Assembly: GCA_965153285.1 (NCBI GenBank)
Contig: OZ229110.1
DNA: 64,000 nucleotides
Strand: one strand, 5' to 3'
Source: Podarcis tiliguerta
Taxonomy: Eukaryota
In this document: piece after piece, positions 11,001-26,000 of the stretch
How positions within the stretch are numbered: position 1 is the stretch's first letter
Layout of the letters: each line of letters starts with the position of its first letter
The notes under the pieces: model-generated
What the model was told of the DNA's origin: nothing
Databases searched by the model: none
Seen by the model: only the letters and a program-made list of their open reading frames with translations
Position numbers and translations under genes: made by a program

Positions 11001-14000
11001 TTATCTTTATTTTTATCTCTCTTATCAAAGTACTAAACAAAGAGAAAGAAGCAGAGAGGTTATAAAAGCAAGTTAAGCTGATGGACATATAACACATGGA
11101 CGCTTCAGTTCTTTACTCATGTACTGGGGAGCAGGGACTGTAGAACTCAATGGGACTTACTTCTATCTGTATAGGACTGCACTGTAAATAACCTTAAATA
11201 AAGCCCAGCCAAGAATGTTCCACTTTGTGCAAGTGCAGGCACCTAGGGAGGCTGCACAATGCAGACCACAATAAAGATGATAGGAAGAATGAAAGGGTGT
11301 TCCCAAACACTCCTTGGCCACCTCAGAAGTAAAGAAAGTGCATGCAATTTATTTTCTCATTAATTTGTACAGAATGGTTAATATATATTTTTAAGTAGGT
11401 CTATTATTTCCAGATCTAGTATATATCTGCAGATATTTGCTCACCCCTAAAGGAAGGTAAAAATAAAGGGATATGCCTCACACTTCCTTGTGACCTTTGA
11501 AGGATTTCCATCTAGAGCAAAGAGATAACTGAAATCTAAACTATTTACTTTCCTTCTATGCTGTCACGGTGTAAGCACTTACTTATTTCTCATTGTAATG
11601 AGATTACAAAATTCCTGCCCAGGTTTTGGCAGGGGGTTTCAGGGGATGAAGGTGACAGTCTTTGTGCCAGTTATGAAAGGTCAAGGCAATGACTATATAG
11701 AGAGAGGCTGAGTATACACTATTTTCTTCCCAGCTCTGGAGATCTTTTACACCTTTGTAGATTTTACACAGTAAAATCCCTTCTCCCCTTCACAGGTTTT
11801 TAGTTCCCTTTGAGTGCTAAATAACATATTGCACAGTGTTTGATCTTCTGTTCTCTAATTTAAACTTATTTTGTACTCAGTGTATATCCTGCAGTGAAAT
11901 CTGATTCCAGTTGTGGGTAACAAAAGGGCACAGGGCTTTTCCTGCTTCTGTTGAGCATGCTCTGTTGCACTTTAGTAATAAATCCTGCCATAACTCTAGT
12001 TTATGTTGAACAACAGAATAACTTGAAGGATTATGTGTCTTCCTCTGATCCCCTACTCAGCCTGGTTGGGGAACCTGTGATGCACCACATGTTGCTGAAC
12101 TCCCAAGTCCCATCATCTCCGACCACTGGATGTGCAGGCTAGGAGTGATGAGAGTTTGAGTCCAACAACATCTGGAGGGCCTTCTCCACTTCTCCACTTC
12201 AGCCTAAGGGAAAGCTGGCATCAGCATCAACTTACTTCTGAGCTGACCACATAAAGTGGCAAAAGAAGTAACAGTGTCTACCCAGAGCAAATGCAGGCAA
12301 GGAACAAAAGCCTGTTTGTAATGGGTGATAGGCTAGTAATGTCACTATGTAAGCTGGCATAGAAAATGAAGAAATGAAGATGTTGTCAGCAAAAAGTATG
12401 CAGTATACCTTTACAACCTTTTGTGAATTTGCAGCCTTCAACTCAGCTCATAATGGGCAAGTCTGCAGCACGTGGGGCCAATTCCACTACAAGACGTTTG
12501 ATGGGGACATCTATTATTTCCCTGGGACCTGCAACTATGTATTTGCCTCCCATTGCAATGCTGCCTATGAGGACTTCAACATCCAGATCAGGCGCACAAT
12601 GGTGAAAGACATTCCCACTATCAGTTCTGTCACCATGCGGCTGGATGGGACGGATTTTGAAATGCAAAAAGATGCCATTGTGGTGAATGGTGAAAGGTAA
12701 TAACACAGACTTGTGTCCTGAGCAGACCTACTTCCTCAAATAGATTCCTTAATAGGCAGATAGAGTTCAGTCCTACCATGATCTAAGAACCAATAACCAT
12801 GAAAGGTCCATGGGAGCCACTTCTAATCTGGGTGTCAGTGTCCAGCCAGTGGTGTGCAGTGACTACCATGTTCAGTATCAATCTGTGGTCCAACACCCAG
12901 AAATCCCCATGCTGAAGCACACTGAGAAATACATTAATGAAGCCATTAAAGGCTATTGAAAGCCCAAAATTCCCAACCACAGAGGAGGCTGCCTGTGGCC
13001 TCCAGTAGGCTTTGCTGCTGTGGTCACCATAGCCACATGCCCTTCTAATTTGTCGTGGGTGGGCATGAGTAATTCTGCAGTAAGTTCTGTAACGGGATAG
13101 TACAATCACACATGATGGCAATTTGGCAGTTATACACCCTCAAAAAAAGCCACATGTCACTTTGCTTTGAATTACATATCCAGTATCTCTGATGCTTTCT
13201 CATCAGGGTTCAGCTGCCTTACACTGGATCAGGATTTGTTATTGAGAAATTTACCATCTATGTGAGAGTGATTGTCAAGCTGGGCCTAACCTTACTGTGG
13301 AATGAAAAGGACAGTCTAATGGTAAGTTCTACATAATATAGAGAATTGACAAGTGTGACCCCAGCAGAATGTGGCAGTGTAGAATGTTCCTGTTCAGTAT
13401 CCCAGCCTGCCAGCCAGCCATGCCTTCCTTCGCAATACCCAATTCCACTCTCCCTTCCTGCTGCTTTTCTATTTCCCCACCCGCACCAGAAACTAAAATT
13501 CTGTCACCACTGAGCATGCTCAGTCTTCACAGGGTTGTTTGGGGGCAGGGATCACCCCTTTAGATCCCCCGTAATATTTTTCTACTTCTGCAAGACTTGG
13601 ATTTCCCATGAAGCATGCTGATACCTCCCTCGTATTTTTCACTAGCCTTGTTCTGGCTTCATCATAATCATCATAACCCAGCAGCTGAGTTTACTTTTTG
13701 TATGTATGATGTCACCTGAACAACATTACAGATAAAATCATGATACCACAAGGCAGTTTGTTGTATAGGGTCTTTGCAATATGCTCTTATGTCGACTCAT
13801 GCAAGTTAACATCCCAGATTTTCAGTAACTGGTGAAAAGAAACCACCCAAATAATTGCTTCTAAGTACAGATTGGGCTTTGATATGCACAAGGCTCTTTG
13901 GGGTATTCAGCCTGCCTGCCTCCCTCCCCACCCTCTCTCACACACATACATCCTGTTCTGTTCATAATAAGCTCTTAGTAAAAGGTAAAGGACCCCTGAC

Positions 14001-17000
14001 CGTTAAGTCCAGCCGCGAATGACTCTGGGGTTGCGGCACTCATCTTGCTTTACTGGCTGAGAGACCCGACGTTTGTCCACAGACAGTTTTTCTGGGTCAT
14101 GTGGCCAGCATGACTAAGCCGCTTCTGGTGAAACCAGAGCAGCGCACGGAAATGCCATTTACCTTCCCGCTGGAGCGATACCTATTTATCTACTTTCACT
14201 TTGATGTGCTTTCCAACTGCTAGGTTGGCAGGAGCAGGGACCAAACAATGGGAGCTCACCCCATCACGGGGATTCGAACCACTAACCTTCCGATCAGAAA
14301 GCCCTAGGCTCAGAGGTTTAGACCACAGTGCTACCCGCATCCCCTTACTTACTTACTTCCCTTACAAATCTTATTTGCAGTCAGTATCTAACTGCAGAAA
14401 TCAACCAAGATATGTTTCCACTTGACATTTTATCTCTATTTTCAAAGAGATGAAAACACGTTTGGATTACACATTTAGCATATTCACATTTTTGCAGGAG
14501 GTGCCACCTGTTGCTTCAATTTTTCATTTTCTAGTAAAATTTCTTTTATAGGCCCTAACCTTATCTATAGATTGCAGAGCAGGGAATCCCATTCAAAGAA
14601 CAGAAAGCATAAGTGGAGAAGAGTCAGCTGCTTTTATATATATACTGTAAATATTACAATGAAAATTAGGTTGTTATGAATAGCACAGACTGGCTGAGAC
14701 TCAAAAATGATACCCCAATTTTCTATTCACTAAATTTGAATTGCAACATTGATGGAAGTTATCTTGGTGTCTCCAGTACAGCTGCTGTCTTGAATTTTCA
14801 ATCTATATCATGGAGAGTAATATTAACTTTCATCAACTTTCTCCTATATAATTTCAGCTGGAACTTGATAAAAAATATGCCAATCAGACCTGTGGACTTT
14901 GTGGGGATTTTAATGGCATTCCACAATACAATGAATTCTTTTCAAACGGTAAGTATCAAAAACACTGCTTATTGAAATTGGGTATCAACTATTTATGTCA
15001 TGATTCACTGAGTGCTGTGGAACTACAATCTCTTCAGAGGTTTGGCTTTTCATCCATTTCAAAACATTTTAAGTGGTATAAGCAGTGCTTTGGGGGGCGG
15101 GGAGGAAAGACGTGCTGGTATTCATATACATATTGATAAAAATGACAGCACAAAATGGCTGTCATTGGCAGGGGGAGGGGGAATGAGGTGCCAGTAGTCT
15201 GTTCTAGTGAGCACCCATCATAAGAAAAAGCCCCGAGGATAAAAACCTGGTGGATTTGTCTGATATCTGTCATTCTTCACTTTTAAAATCAACAACACGC
15301 ATTGAATATTTAGATATTAGGTGAATTTCACTTTTCATGCTCATCAAAATAGATTTTCAGCATATGGATGATATTGATAGCATTAAGGAAATGAATTAGT
15401 GATTGGAAAAACATTTCTATTTCTGAGGTTCTAAACCAAGGCCACCATAGTGCCCTCAGACACAAGCTGCGAAGACCCTTTGCTCTTCCCGATGTTTTAT
15501 CCTTTTAATTAAAAAATCATGATGACATTTTGTTGTTGAGCGGAAGAGTTGCTTGCTTTTTCTGTCTGTGTTAATTTGTTTGGGTGGGGTGTAGATATTT
15601 TGCTTGTTTTGATAGATGGTTCAGCATTGCTGCTTTAGCTTCTGAAAAATGAGTACTCTTGTTTCTCCTCGGCTTGTTTTTGCTGCAATCATACTTACCT
15701 ACTGAGATTGCTCTTAGGGGGAATGTTGGCCAATGGTATTTTTACGTCAATAGAGAAGACGTACTGGAGCTTGTACATAGTTAAAAGGCCCTTTGAAAGT
15801 TACTGTTGCTGCAGGGGAGCTGATTTTCTCCCAAACAGCCTCAGTAAACAGCCATTGGGGTTTGGAGGGGGGGCACACACATGACCTCTCTGTGGAATTG
15901 ACAGTCCTCCTGGAAAGGTAGCAAATCTGAAGTTGGGACCCTCACTCACATAGTTGGTTGCTTAAACATTGCCTTGGTCACACAGGAGCTACCCATGGAG
16001 AAGCGGCTTCCACGCAACTAGGGTTCAGAATCATGTGCTGTTCCCATACAGTCAATAGCTCTTTCCCCATTGAAACAGGTGTGTGCTTCAGCCCATGCTG
16101 GCCCTTTCCTATCCCACTGGCTGACAGAGAGCCATGTGATCTGTACAGTTCTCCCAGCTGGTGCTCTGAAGGGTTGTCCAAGCGGGGGGAAACATCTGGT
16201 TTCCCACAAGATATTTACTGCACATCCCATTGTGCTATAATGCTTTACTAAGAGTAGGGGAATCCCTCTCAGCATCTCATTTGCCAAACTGAAACAACAA
16301 CCTCAATGTAAGATACTTTCTCATATGAATCTTTTTGAAGTCATGGGTTGCTGTTTTTCATTACAGGGGCTGAAATAACTACTTTGCAGTTTGGGAATAT
16401 GCAGAAAATGAATGGGCCGACAGAAGAATGTGAGGATCCTACGCCGGTCTCTCTGAGCAACTGCACTGATGAGTTTGTAAGATTTTTTTTGCTTATTCTT
16501 ACACTTTACATTTGTTTTATTTCCAAAAGGATGCTTAAATCTTAAGGAAGAATTGTAACGGCCGAGAAAATATATTGTTGTTTCCTCAGCTCCTGAAATT
16601 AACATTATAAGCTCCTTGTTGCAAGAACCTGATTTCTTTTCCTTGTATTTATGGCACTTTACAAAGTGCCCTGTGTACTAAATATGTCATTGTCATCTAA
16701 GACAGGAATGGGTAAACTTGTCATTCTTCACATGTAGCTGGACTCTCCAACCAGAATGGCCACTGATGAAAAACATTGAGAGCCTGACGACATCTGGAAG
16801 GCCACAGATTCCTCATCCCTGATCTAGGATCAGTTAATCACCATTAAAAACAGTCCTTTTTGGATAAAAACTTTTTGCTTTTGCTTTTCCATCTAGGAGC
16901 TTTGCCAGCATGTACTGACTGGCTCTTCATTCTTTCAATGCAATGCTGTGGTGGGAGTTAATGACTACATTGAGTCTTGTGTACAAGACCTGTGCCTCTG

Positions 17001-20000
17001 TAAACAAGAAGATATCACCTCCTGTCTCTGCGACACTTTTGCTGAATATTCCCGGCAATGTGCTCATGCTGGTGGGGAACCTCAGAACTGGAGAAGCCCA
17101 GACCTGTGCCGTAAGTGTAAATCACAGTTAGTCAATTATTTCAGCTGGACATTTGATACAGCTTGACATGATATTCAGCAATTACTCTGGTGAACTGGAA
17201 ATTAGAAGGTACAACCCAAAGTAGAGTACACACAAAGTTGCATGCTTATAAAGGTATTAATTAATTAATTGAATTTGTATACTGCCCTATACCCGCAGGT
17301 CTCAGGATGAGCACCTGACTAGTGGATGAGCACCAGGCTATAAGAAGCTGAAGTGTTTCATAGATCCCTATATTGAGTTTGTCCTGCTTATGAATGACTT
17401 GCATAAGTAGCAGGTGGTGGGAGATAGAGAGATACCTCTAACTTGCAGGTGATACATAGCTGAGAGAAACTGGAAAAGAAGCAGACTAGAGGACATAGTG
17501 ACAGCTAGGAGTTATTTGAATGTATCAGAACACTGTGTTTTCAGCAATCAAATGATAAATGCAACTAATTTAGAAGTTTAGATGTTCATCTGCTCATCAA
17601 CTCTGCTGTTTTGGGCAATGGTGAGTCTGGGAGGTATGATCTGCAGTGCATAGAGAAATGAAGTAATCAGAGATGCCCCAGCTTATATTGCTCCTGCTTT
17701 TGAGAGGACCTTTTCCCCACAGTCTTACCACTTGAGCAATAAACTATGAAAGGAGAGAAAGTCCATCAGGCAGATGGGTTCAGAAGGAGATATTAATAAT
17801 ATGTAACTAATGTCTATTAACCAAATGGTAAATACCAGCTAGGCCACCAGGGCCCACAAAAAAGTGGAGGCACATATACCACTGAGCAAATGGCAAGCCA
17901 CAATACATGCCTGGTTGGTCACATGATGTGCAGGGCCACTCCATTTTGGCTGGAGGGTCAGATCCAACAGTGGCTAACCCTCTGAGAGGGCCACTTTGAC
18001 AGGTCAATGAGGCCTGAATTTCCAGTTATGGCCTGAATTCCAAAAGTGCAGAATGGCTTCAATTAAAGAATCAGGACCACACTCTTAAGTCTACTTCTGA
18101 TTCTTCCTTCTGGCACCTTTTGCATTTGATACATTTTTCTGTCATCTTGCAGGGCAGCAGAAAAGGGCACCAAATTCAAAAGGCATCCGATTCAAGCCAC
18201 AGCTTGAAGCTTCCCACACCTAAGACCATATGAAGCCAGGCACAGGGGAGCTGGCCAGATTCAGAAGTCAGCTGGGCTGGTGGTTCCCCACCACTGCTCT
18301 AGCATAATGAAAAAAATCATAGGAATTATAATAGACCCCAGTCAAAACATTCATCAGTTGTGGTATGTGGCTACAAAAGAAAGCAGATGCCATTTGGAGT
18401 TGCAGCAGAAAAGCATTAAATGCAACACACAGAAGGCAGGTCTCTGTTCAAGGCAGAATCACTATAAGGAATTGTGCTGCGTGTATCAAAGGGTAACTGA
18501 GTTATAATTAATATCCTTCTTTTCAGCAATGGAATGCTCTTCCAACATGCAGTATCAAGAATGTGAATCACCCTGTACAGACACTTGCTCCAACTCTGAA
18601 AGATCTCAGCTGTGTGAGGACCACTGTGTGGATGGTTGCTTCTGTCCACCAGGTAAGCTTCCACCTTTGTATCCAACTGTTGTAGCCCTTTACACACTTG
18701 CTCAGTAGTAAGCGCCACAGATCTTAATGGGGCACTCGCCTCATGGTATTCAACATGCAAGCAAGGAAATCTACAGAAAAGGCAAGTTGTTTTTAGGAAA
18801 AGAGATGGTACAATTATAATTTGTGTCAAGGAAGCTGTGCATGTAACCAACTATCATTTAACATCTTTTAACCATTATAATGTTTAAGTTATTTCTTCCT
18901 TTAGGAACTGTATATGATGACATTGACAATGCTGGCTGCATCCCCCACGAGCAGTGTTCCTGTGTTTACAATGGAAAATCCTATGCTCCAGGGACAACTT
19001 ATTCAGACAACTGCCGTTCTTGGTAATTGACAACCTTTAATATGATGAACAAGTACTTTGTGTAGGAATCTAGGCTTGATCCATGATTTCAACATTTTAA
19101 AAGCTCTGCCTAATTATTTGAATGAGTTATTTCTGAACATGATTCCCAATGAAAGTTCAACTGTATTTGTGATAGATTCCTTACCTTGGCTTCTGCCTAG
19201 TGCAGGGGTCGGCAACGTGTGGCCCACGAAGACCATTTTACAGGCCCCTGAGCCGCCCCACCCGCTTAGTGAGTCCTTCACCCACTGCACTAAACCAGCA
19301 CAGCGTGGCGTGGGGACTCACTAAGCGGAAATCGCATCTACGCACGTGCAGATACCGGAAATCGCATCTGCGCATGTCCAGATGCCCCAAATTGCTTCTG
19401 TGCAGGCACAATTTCTGGCATCTGGGCATGTGCAGAAGCGATTTCCAGCGCCACGGACATGCGCAGATGCAATTTCCAGCCCATGGCTGGTAAAACTTGC
19501 CAACCCCTGACCTAGTGGCCACACTCCAGCTTATGTTCCCATGCATGTCACATTAGCCCTGCCCATAAGGCCTCTGCTAGCCATTCTGCTACATAAAAAA
19601 GGTAAAGGACCCCTGACAGTTAAGTTCAGTTGTGAACGACTGTGGGGTTATGGTGCTCATCTCGCTTTACTGGCCGAGGGAGCCGACGTTTGTCCACAGA
19701 CAGTTTTTCTGGGTCATATGGCCAGCATGACTAAGCTGCTTCTGGCGAAATCAGAGCAGCGCACGGAAATGGCATTTACCCTCCCACCAGAGCGGTACCT
19801 ATTTATCTACTTGCACTTTGACATGCTTTTGAACTGCTAGGTTGGCAGGAGCAGAGACTGAGCATCAGGAGCTCACCCCGTCATGGGTAGTCGAACTGCC
19901 GACCTTCCAATCGGCAAGCCAAAGGCTCAGTGGTTTTACACCAGTGCACCACCCACGTCCCATTCTGCTACATACCAAGCTGCTACTTGGGCATGACCAA

Positions 20001-23000
20001 ATGAAGCCAGTCTTTTGTACAACTCAATGGGTCAGGATTACCACTGAGATGGTTTAGTAGCGACTTTTCACATCATTAAGCTAAAATTCTACAGTAACAA
20101 TAGGATCCTAGGAAACTGCCTTCTGCCAGATTACGCTATTTGTTCATCTTGACTATTGTTATCTACTCTGACTGGCAGGCAGGGATCTTTCCCATTGCAT
20201 GCTACATCACCCTTTTTACTAGAGATTCCAGGAATTGAATCTGGAACCTTTTGCATGTAAAGTTTGTGCTTCCCACTGAGCTGTGGAGCCCTTCATAGGG
20301 AAGAATTCAACATTGCGCTAAGGCACGTTTGGTGGACTACAACTCCCATCATTCCTAGCTACCAGGACCAGAGGTGATGGGAGTTGTAGTCCAACATCTG
20401 GGGACTCAAGTTTGAGAAAGGCAATCACTCCATCAGGGCAAGCATTTTGGTTCTCTCCCTACTTCCTCCGCATGCTGTTCCAGGGGTAGTCCTGACCCCC
20501 CCCCCCAGCCATGTTCAGAGGGCACCAAGGGGTGTGGCAGGAGGAGAGGAAGGAAAGTCCTATTGGGCAAGCAGTCCTTGTGTGGAACTTCCTCTGATGG
20601 GAAGCATTAGATGAGTCCCACCCATAGCTTTTAAGTTCCCACATGTTGACGCTTTAAACACAAAGCTGTGCTGGTTCCTACACTTTACAAATGTTTCCAC
20701 ATACACTTCAAAGAATGGAACTAATAATGGAAAATAATATAAGCTAATGCCAGTGGCAATATCTTTCCTTAAAATGTATGTTTCTTCTCTTTCTTCCTTC
20801 ACTTCAAGTTCCTGTGTTGGGGGCCAATGGAACTGCATAGAACTCCCATGTCCTGGCATTTGCTCAGTAGAAGGTGGATCACACATCTCCACTTTTGATA
20901 AAAAACGTTATAATGTCCATGGAGATTGCGTTTACGTTCTCTCAAAGGCAAGTCACTTACGATATACTGTCACTATAATTAGCAAAAATGTCCCCATTAC
21001 CACAGTGCTATACAGGCACACAAACACACACTAATCCTCTTTCTGGGATTATAAAACCAGTGTAATTGTTCCAATAGTAAATCCCTTGTTTGGATATCAT
21101 GGCACACAGCTTATTCAGTTTCCCTTTACAAGTTTTAAATCCCTCTCACTTCCTTATTGCTTCTACATTATCACACCATTATTTTCCCTAAAGCAGTAAT
21201 GGTTTTTTTAGATGTGTAGAAGACACAGACTCAGAAGAGACACCTTTGGGGGAAATTAATAAAGCAGGGCATGGGGGGTAGAATCTCATATCAGGAGAAT
21301 TACATATGATACGACAATGAAACTGAAATAAAGTTGTTCAGGGAGATGCCACACATTCAAATAAAAGGCCCATGAGAGTGCCCTAAAACAACTTGGAAAG
21401 TTTGCTTACATATTTTTAAGAAGCCCAACACATTCAATATCTATAAAGGGGGGAAGTAGCAGATTTTCCTGTTCAACAGTTTTGATTCAAAATGTTTACT
21501 CTCTCATTTAAAAGATCCTGAATCAGTTTCCCTAGCTAAAGCAACCTTTATAAGAAGTTAAATCAAATCCTAAAACCAAAATACTTTTGAGTTCAAGGAA
21601 GCTAGAACTGTGCATCTGCGATACTTTTTCAGTGCAATCTTAATTTCTAGGCGCCATTGCAGTAAGTTTGCAATGCAGATGGTAATTCTTGGGTGTTGGC
21701 TTGCTTTTTTAGTTTTGTGGAGATGATACATTTAGTGTTCTCGGAGAACTCCGCAAATGTGGCCTGACAGAGACTGAGACATGCTTGAAGATGGTTGCCC
21801 TCAACATCAATGGAGACCAGACTGTAAGTTTCTAAACCAAAGGATAGAGAACACCTTCTAAGCCACAATGCCTTAAGAGACAGGAGTACCTTGGGGGGGG
21901 GGCGGGTATACAATTCCATTCACATTTAAAGACACACCTGGCTAATTCACACTTTCCAAAACTATATGGGGATTTAAACACAGGCACTCTTCAAAATTTG
22001 CACTTCTATGCAATTTTCAGTACAGTTTTGTAGTCAAATAATCTGTGCAAAAATGCATAAACTGAAGCTTAAAATACACTTTAGGTACAATTTAAGTGTG
22101 CTTAAAAATTGAATTAGTGAAAATAACATGCAGAAATGCATTATAGTAAGAGAAACAGCTTTGCAAAAATGTGTATGTGAGCCAATTTGCATACAAACAA
22201 AATTGCATAAAACGTTTGCATTAAAATGCTGATAAATTTTCATGAGGAGTTTTTGTAAAAATGCAAACTGATCTGGAAATGTGGAGAACTAAGCTTGAGA
22301 CTGGAAAATCTGAGAGAGACCAAAAGTGACAGATTCACCCATTCCTAGAATAGAATCTGTATGTAAAGGCAACTTGCTTTTTCTAGCTGATACCCAAAGT
22401 ATTAGAGTCAGAATAATAAAGTATCAAATAAATTGCCCTTATGTATTCCTGAAGACAATGGGTCAAATCCAGACAACCAGTGAGTGGAACTGTACTCATG
22501 GAAGTGGGAGGTTTTTGTTGATGCCCGCAACACCCAAGGAGCTACTCCAAAGAGTTGGAGGACCTCCCAGAAGAACATGGGAAGCAGTACAGTAAGCTGC
22601 TAGGGAAAGTAGTAGAAATCATCTCTCCTGACTCTTTTTTGTGAGTGGGACTCTCTGCTGGGATGCCAGCTCCACCATGAAAAGGAGCTCTTCCATGACA
22701 ATAATCAGCTCTGAAAAGGCATATTGTCCATGAAAAGCAAAATGACTTAGTACCCACAAAAGTTCAATTAGAGAATGACCGGAAAATGTGTTTTAAATTG
22801 GTTGGAAGAATGTCGTCGAAAGAACTATTTGAAAGGGAGGAAGAATGGGGCATGGGGGTGGGATAATCAGTTGAGGTTTTAAATCATAAAAGCCAACACT
22901 GTCAACCATATTGTTCAGAACCTATCATCTTCTTTTTTTTACCAGTTTATGAAATTATGGTATAATTTGTGCCCCTTAGTGTTCACAGTAATGAATGCAC

Positions 23001-26000
23001 GGAGAGATGGAAAGAATCAGGATTGGATTGATGGAGCATCCTTTGAACTTATTTATGAACAATATGCTTCTCATGGTTGGCAACCTGCCAAAAGCTTGCC
23101 TNNNNNNNNNNNNNNNNNNNNNNNNNNNNNNNNNNNNNNNNNNNNNNNNNNNNNNNNNNNNNNNNNNNNNNNNNNNNNNNNNNNNNNNNNNNNNNNNNNN
23201 NNNNNNNNNNNNNNNNNNNNNNNNNNNNNNNNNNNNNNNNNNNNNNNNNNNNNNNNNNNNNNNNNNNNNNNNNNNNNNNNNNNNNNNNNNNNNNNNNNNN
23301 NNNNNNNNNNNNNNNNNNNNNNNNNNNNNNNNNNNNNNNNNNNNNNNNNNNTCAAAATCAACCATTCAAGATTGGTTACATTAATGCTGAACACTCCCTA
23401 ATTTCACTTATCTGATAGCAGGACCTGCATGCAATAGTTTTTATTCCCCCCCCCCCATAAAGCTTATTAGAAGAAACACAAGAAGTAATTTATCACCAAA
23501 CTCATTATTACTCCTTTCCTCTTTGTCACCAGACCATTGTGATCAGTCCTAACGGTGGTGTATTAGTCAACTCGCTCTACACTCAGTTGCCTCTATCAGC
23601 AGGTATGTTGCATGTCAGAAATTTCTGTTTGCCATGGCAGCCTTAAAAGTTTGAAATCTTAGGGGCAAGCTCAGCAGAAGGGCTTGTTACTCCACAAGCT
23701 AGCAAGGTTTCATTGGGTTACTATTTTCCCTTTTCCAGTTCTACTGGGAAAAGAAAGTTGGGTTTGTGTAGAGCAGATGTGGGGAACCTGTGGCCCTCTG
23801 AATGTTGCTAGACCACTACTCCCATCAGCCCCAAGAAGCAAGGCCAATAGCAGAGTTGATGGGCATTGTAGTTCAGCAACACTTGAAAGACCAAATGTTC
23901 TTCACAACTAATGTAGAGGTTTCCCCTGGAAATGAAGGATTCTCTTACAAACAGCCATGTTTTAATAACATCCGGCCACAGCTACTATAATATAATGCTT
24001 TGTATGTAAGGCAACCTTTGAAAGGAACTTCCAGATTAGGTAGCAAGTTTGTTAACCAGGACTCTCCATAATGAGAATATAAACTGCTGCTGTTTACTAC
24101 AAGGTCCTAAGCTATCTCTGTAGCTGTGACCAGAGTATGTGAACAACAGCCACCTCCTATAGGAAACTACTTATCAGCTGAGATATATTTTGTGAAAGGT
24201 CTTTCACCTGGTGTCCAGAGATTAAGGAGTTGGCTGCCAGAAATAAGCCCTTTTTTGCACCCCATTTATGGGACTGCCTTCTAAAAGATTTCTGGTGCTA
24301 TCATTGTTATCATTCTGGTGCCAGACTATTCTATCATATTCCCCCAATCCTTTGATGGTTACGATTTGTTAGACCCATGCCATATATGTCACATTATTGT
24401 TTCAGTTCATACCACTTAATCATCAACAAAACTGGGGCAAACAATGATATGGTGGCCAATGTAGATTGGGCTGATGGTTGGGCACAATCTGAAAGTAAAC
24501 ATATAACTATTTCAACTTGTATCAAACCCTTCACACATCCATCCAGCCCACAGTCACAACATGCCAACGTGCTTGCATGAATTGGCCTTCACAAATCTGG
24601 TTCTTCTTTTCCTGAGTAATGGATGGCAGTTGCAGCTCTGAATCTCATAAGAATGGTGTCTTCTTTGTCCATAGCTAATGTAACCATGTTCAGACCTTCA
24701 TCCTTCTTCATCATTGTGCATACAAACTTTGGCCTTCAGCTAGTAATCCAGCTCGTACCCACAATGCAATTGTATATTCATGTGGATCCATCTTTCAAAG
24801 GAAGGACTTGTGGTAAGAAGTATTTTAAAGCAAAAAGAAATTTGTGGCATGCCTGGGGGGCAAAGTATTGTAAAACTGGACTATAAAACTCTTTGGGGTT
24901 TCTTTCAAAGGTCTCTGTGGAAACTTTGACAAGCGCCAGATGGATGACTTCACAGCCATAAGTGGAGTGGTGGAAGGAACAGCATCTGCATTTGCTAACA
25001 CCTGGAAAACTCAGGCTGCATGTCCCAACATCAAACAAAGTTTTGAGGACCCTTGCACGCTTAGCATTGAAAATGGTAGGCATATTTGAGAATTATAAGC
25101 AAGACTCACAAACACTTCGAAATTATAATTCTACCTAGCTCATGGGGAAAATTAATAGAAATAAACAAATTAGAAGAACTAACTGAAAACAAATCTTAAT
25201 AAATGGGGAAATCAGGGGGAATAAATAACAATAAAACCTTGCAAATCAAGATCTTGTAGCCACAATCTAAACAGAAGAAGTTAGGTATGCCACCCCCCAT
25301 TGAAATACGGTAAGTGGATGTACACATGGCTACCTCTTTTTTAGACTGTGGCTTGTAAGTTTTGCAAGTAGTCTATAAACTAACAGCCCTATGCATAATT
25401 GGGTATATTGGGTATCTGTAGCATGCACATATTCAAGATTTAGATCATTTCCTTCCTCAGTCCATGGCTTCAGGAGGCTCAGTAATGAGTGAACAGCAGT
25501 GAGTAGAACAAGCATTGTAGCAGCACCAGGATATCCTGTCTAGAGTCAGTGATGTGAGTTGAGGTAAAAGCTGCCATTTGCACCTATAGAAATTCCCAAA
25601 ATGATATGGATTAATTTCTTCTCTTTGTAGAAAAATACGCCCGACATTGGTGTGGATTGTTGACTGACTCTGAAGGACCTTTTGCTAAATGTCATGCCTC
25701 AGTTAATCCAGCTTCTTATCATACGGTATGAAGCTATCTGTTACCTCTCATTGAAAACAGTTTATTGGAGGAAGCTGAAAAGTATCTTTGGTTGGGGTAG
25801 GCAACCTGGTGTCCTACAGATATTTTGGACTGCAACTCCCACTGTCCATGACAACTGGCCATGCTAGCTGGGACTGGTGGGAATTGTAGTCATAAACATC
25901 TGGAGGGCACCATGTTGGCTACCACTAATCTATAAGGAAACATACTGGTGGGACAAGACCAAATGGGTGGAACTAAATGGAAGGTGTCATCAGTACTGGA

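Noticed and set aside
22949-23415. ORFs spanning the N-run
   Set aside because: Artefacts of translating Ns; no exon is needed there because exons 12 and 13 join in phase.
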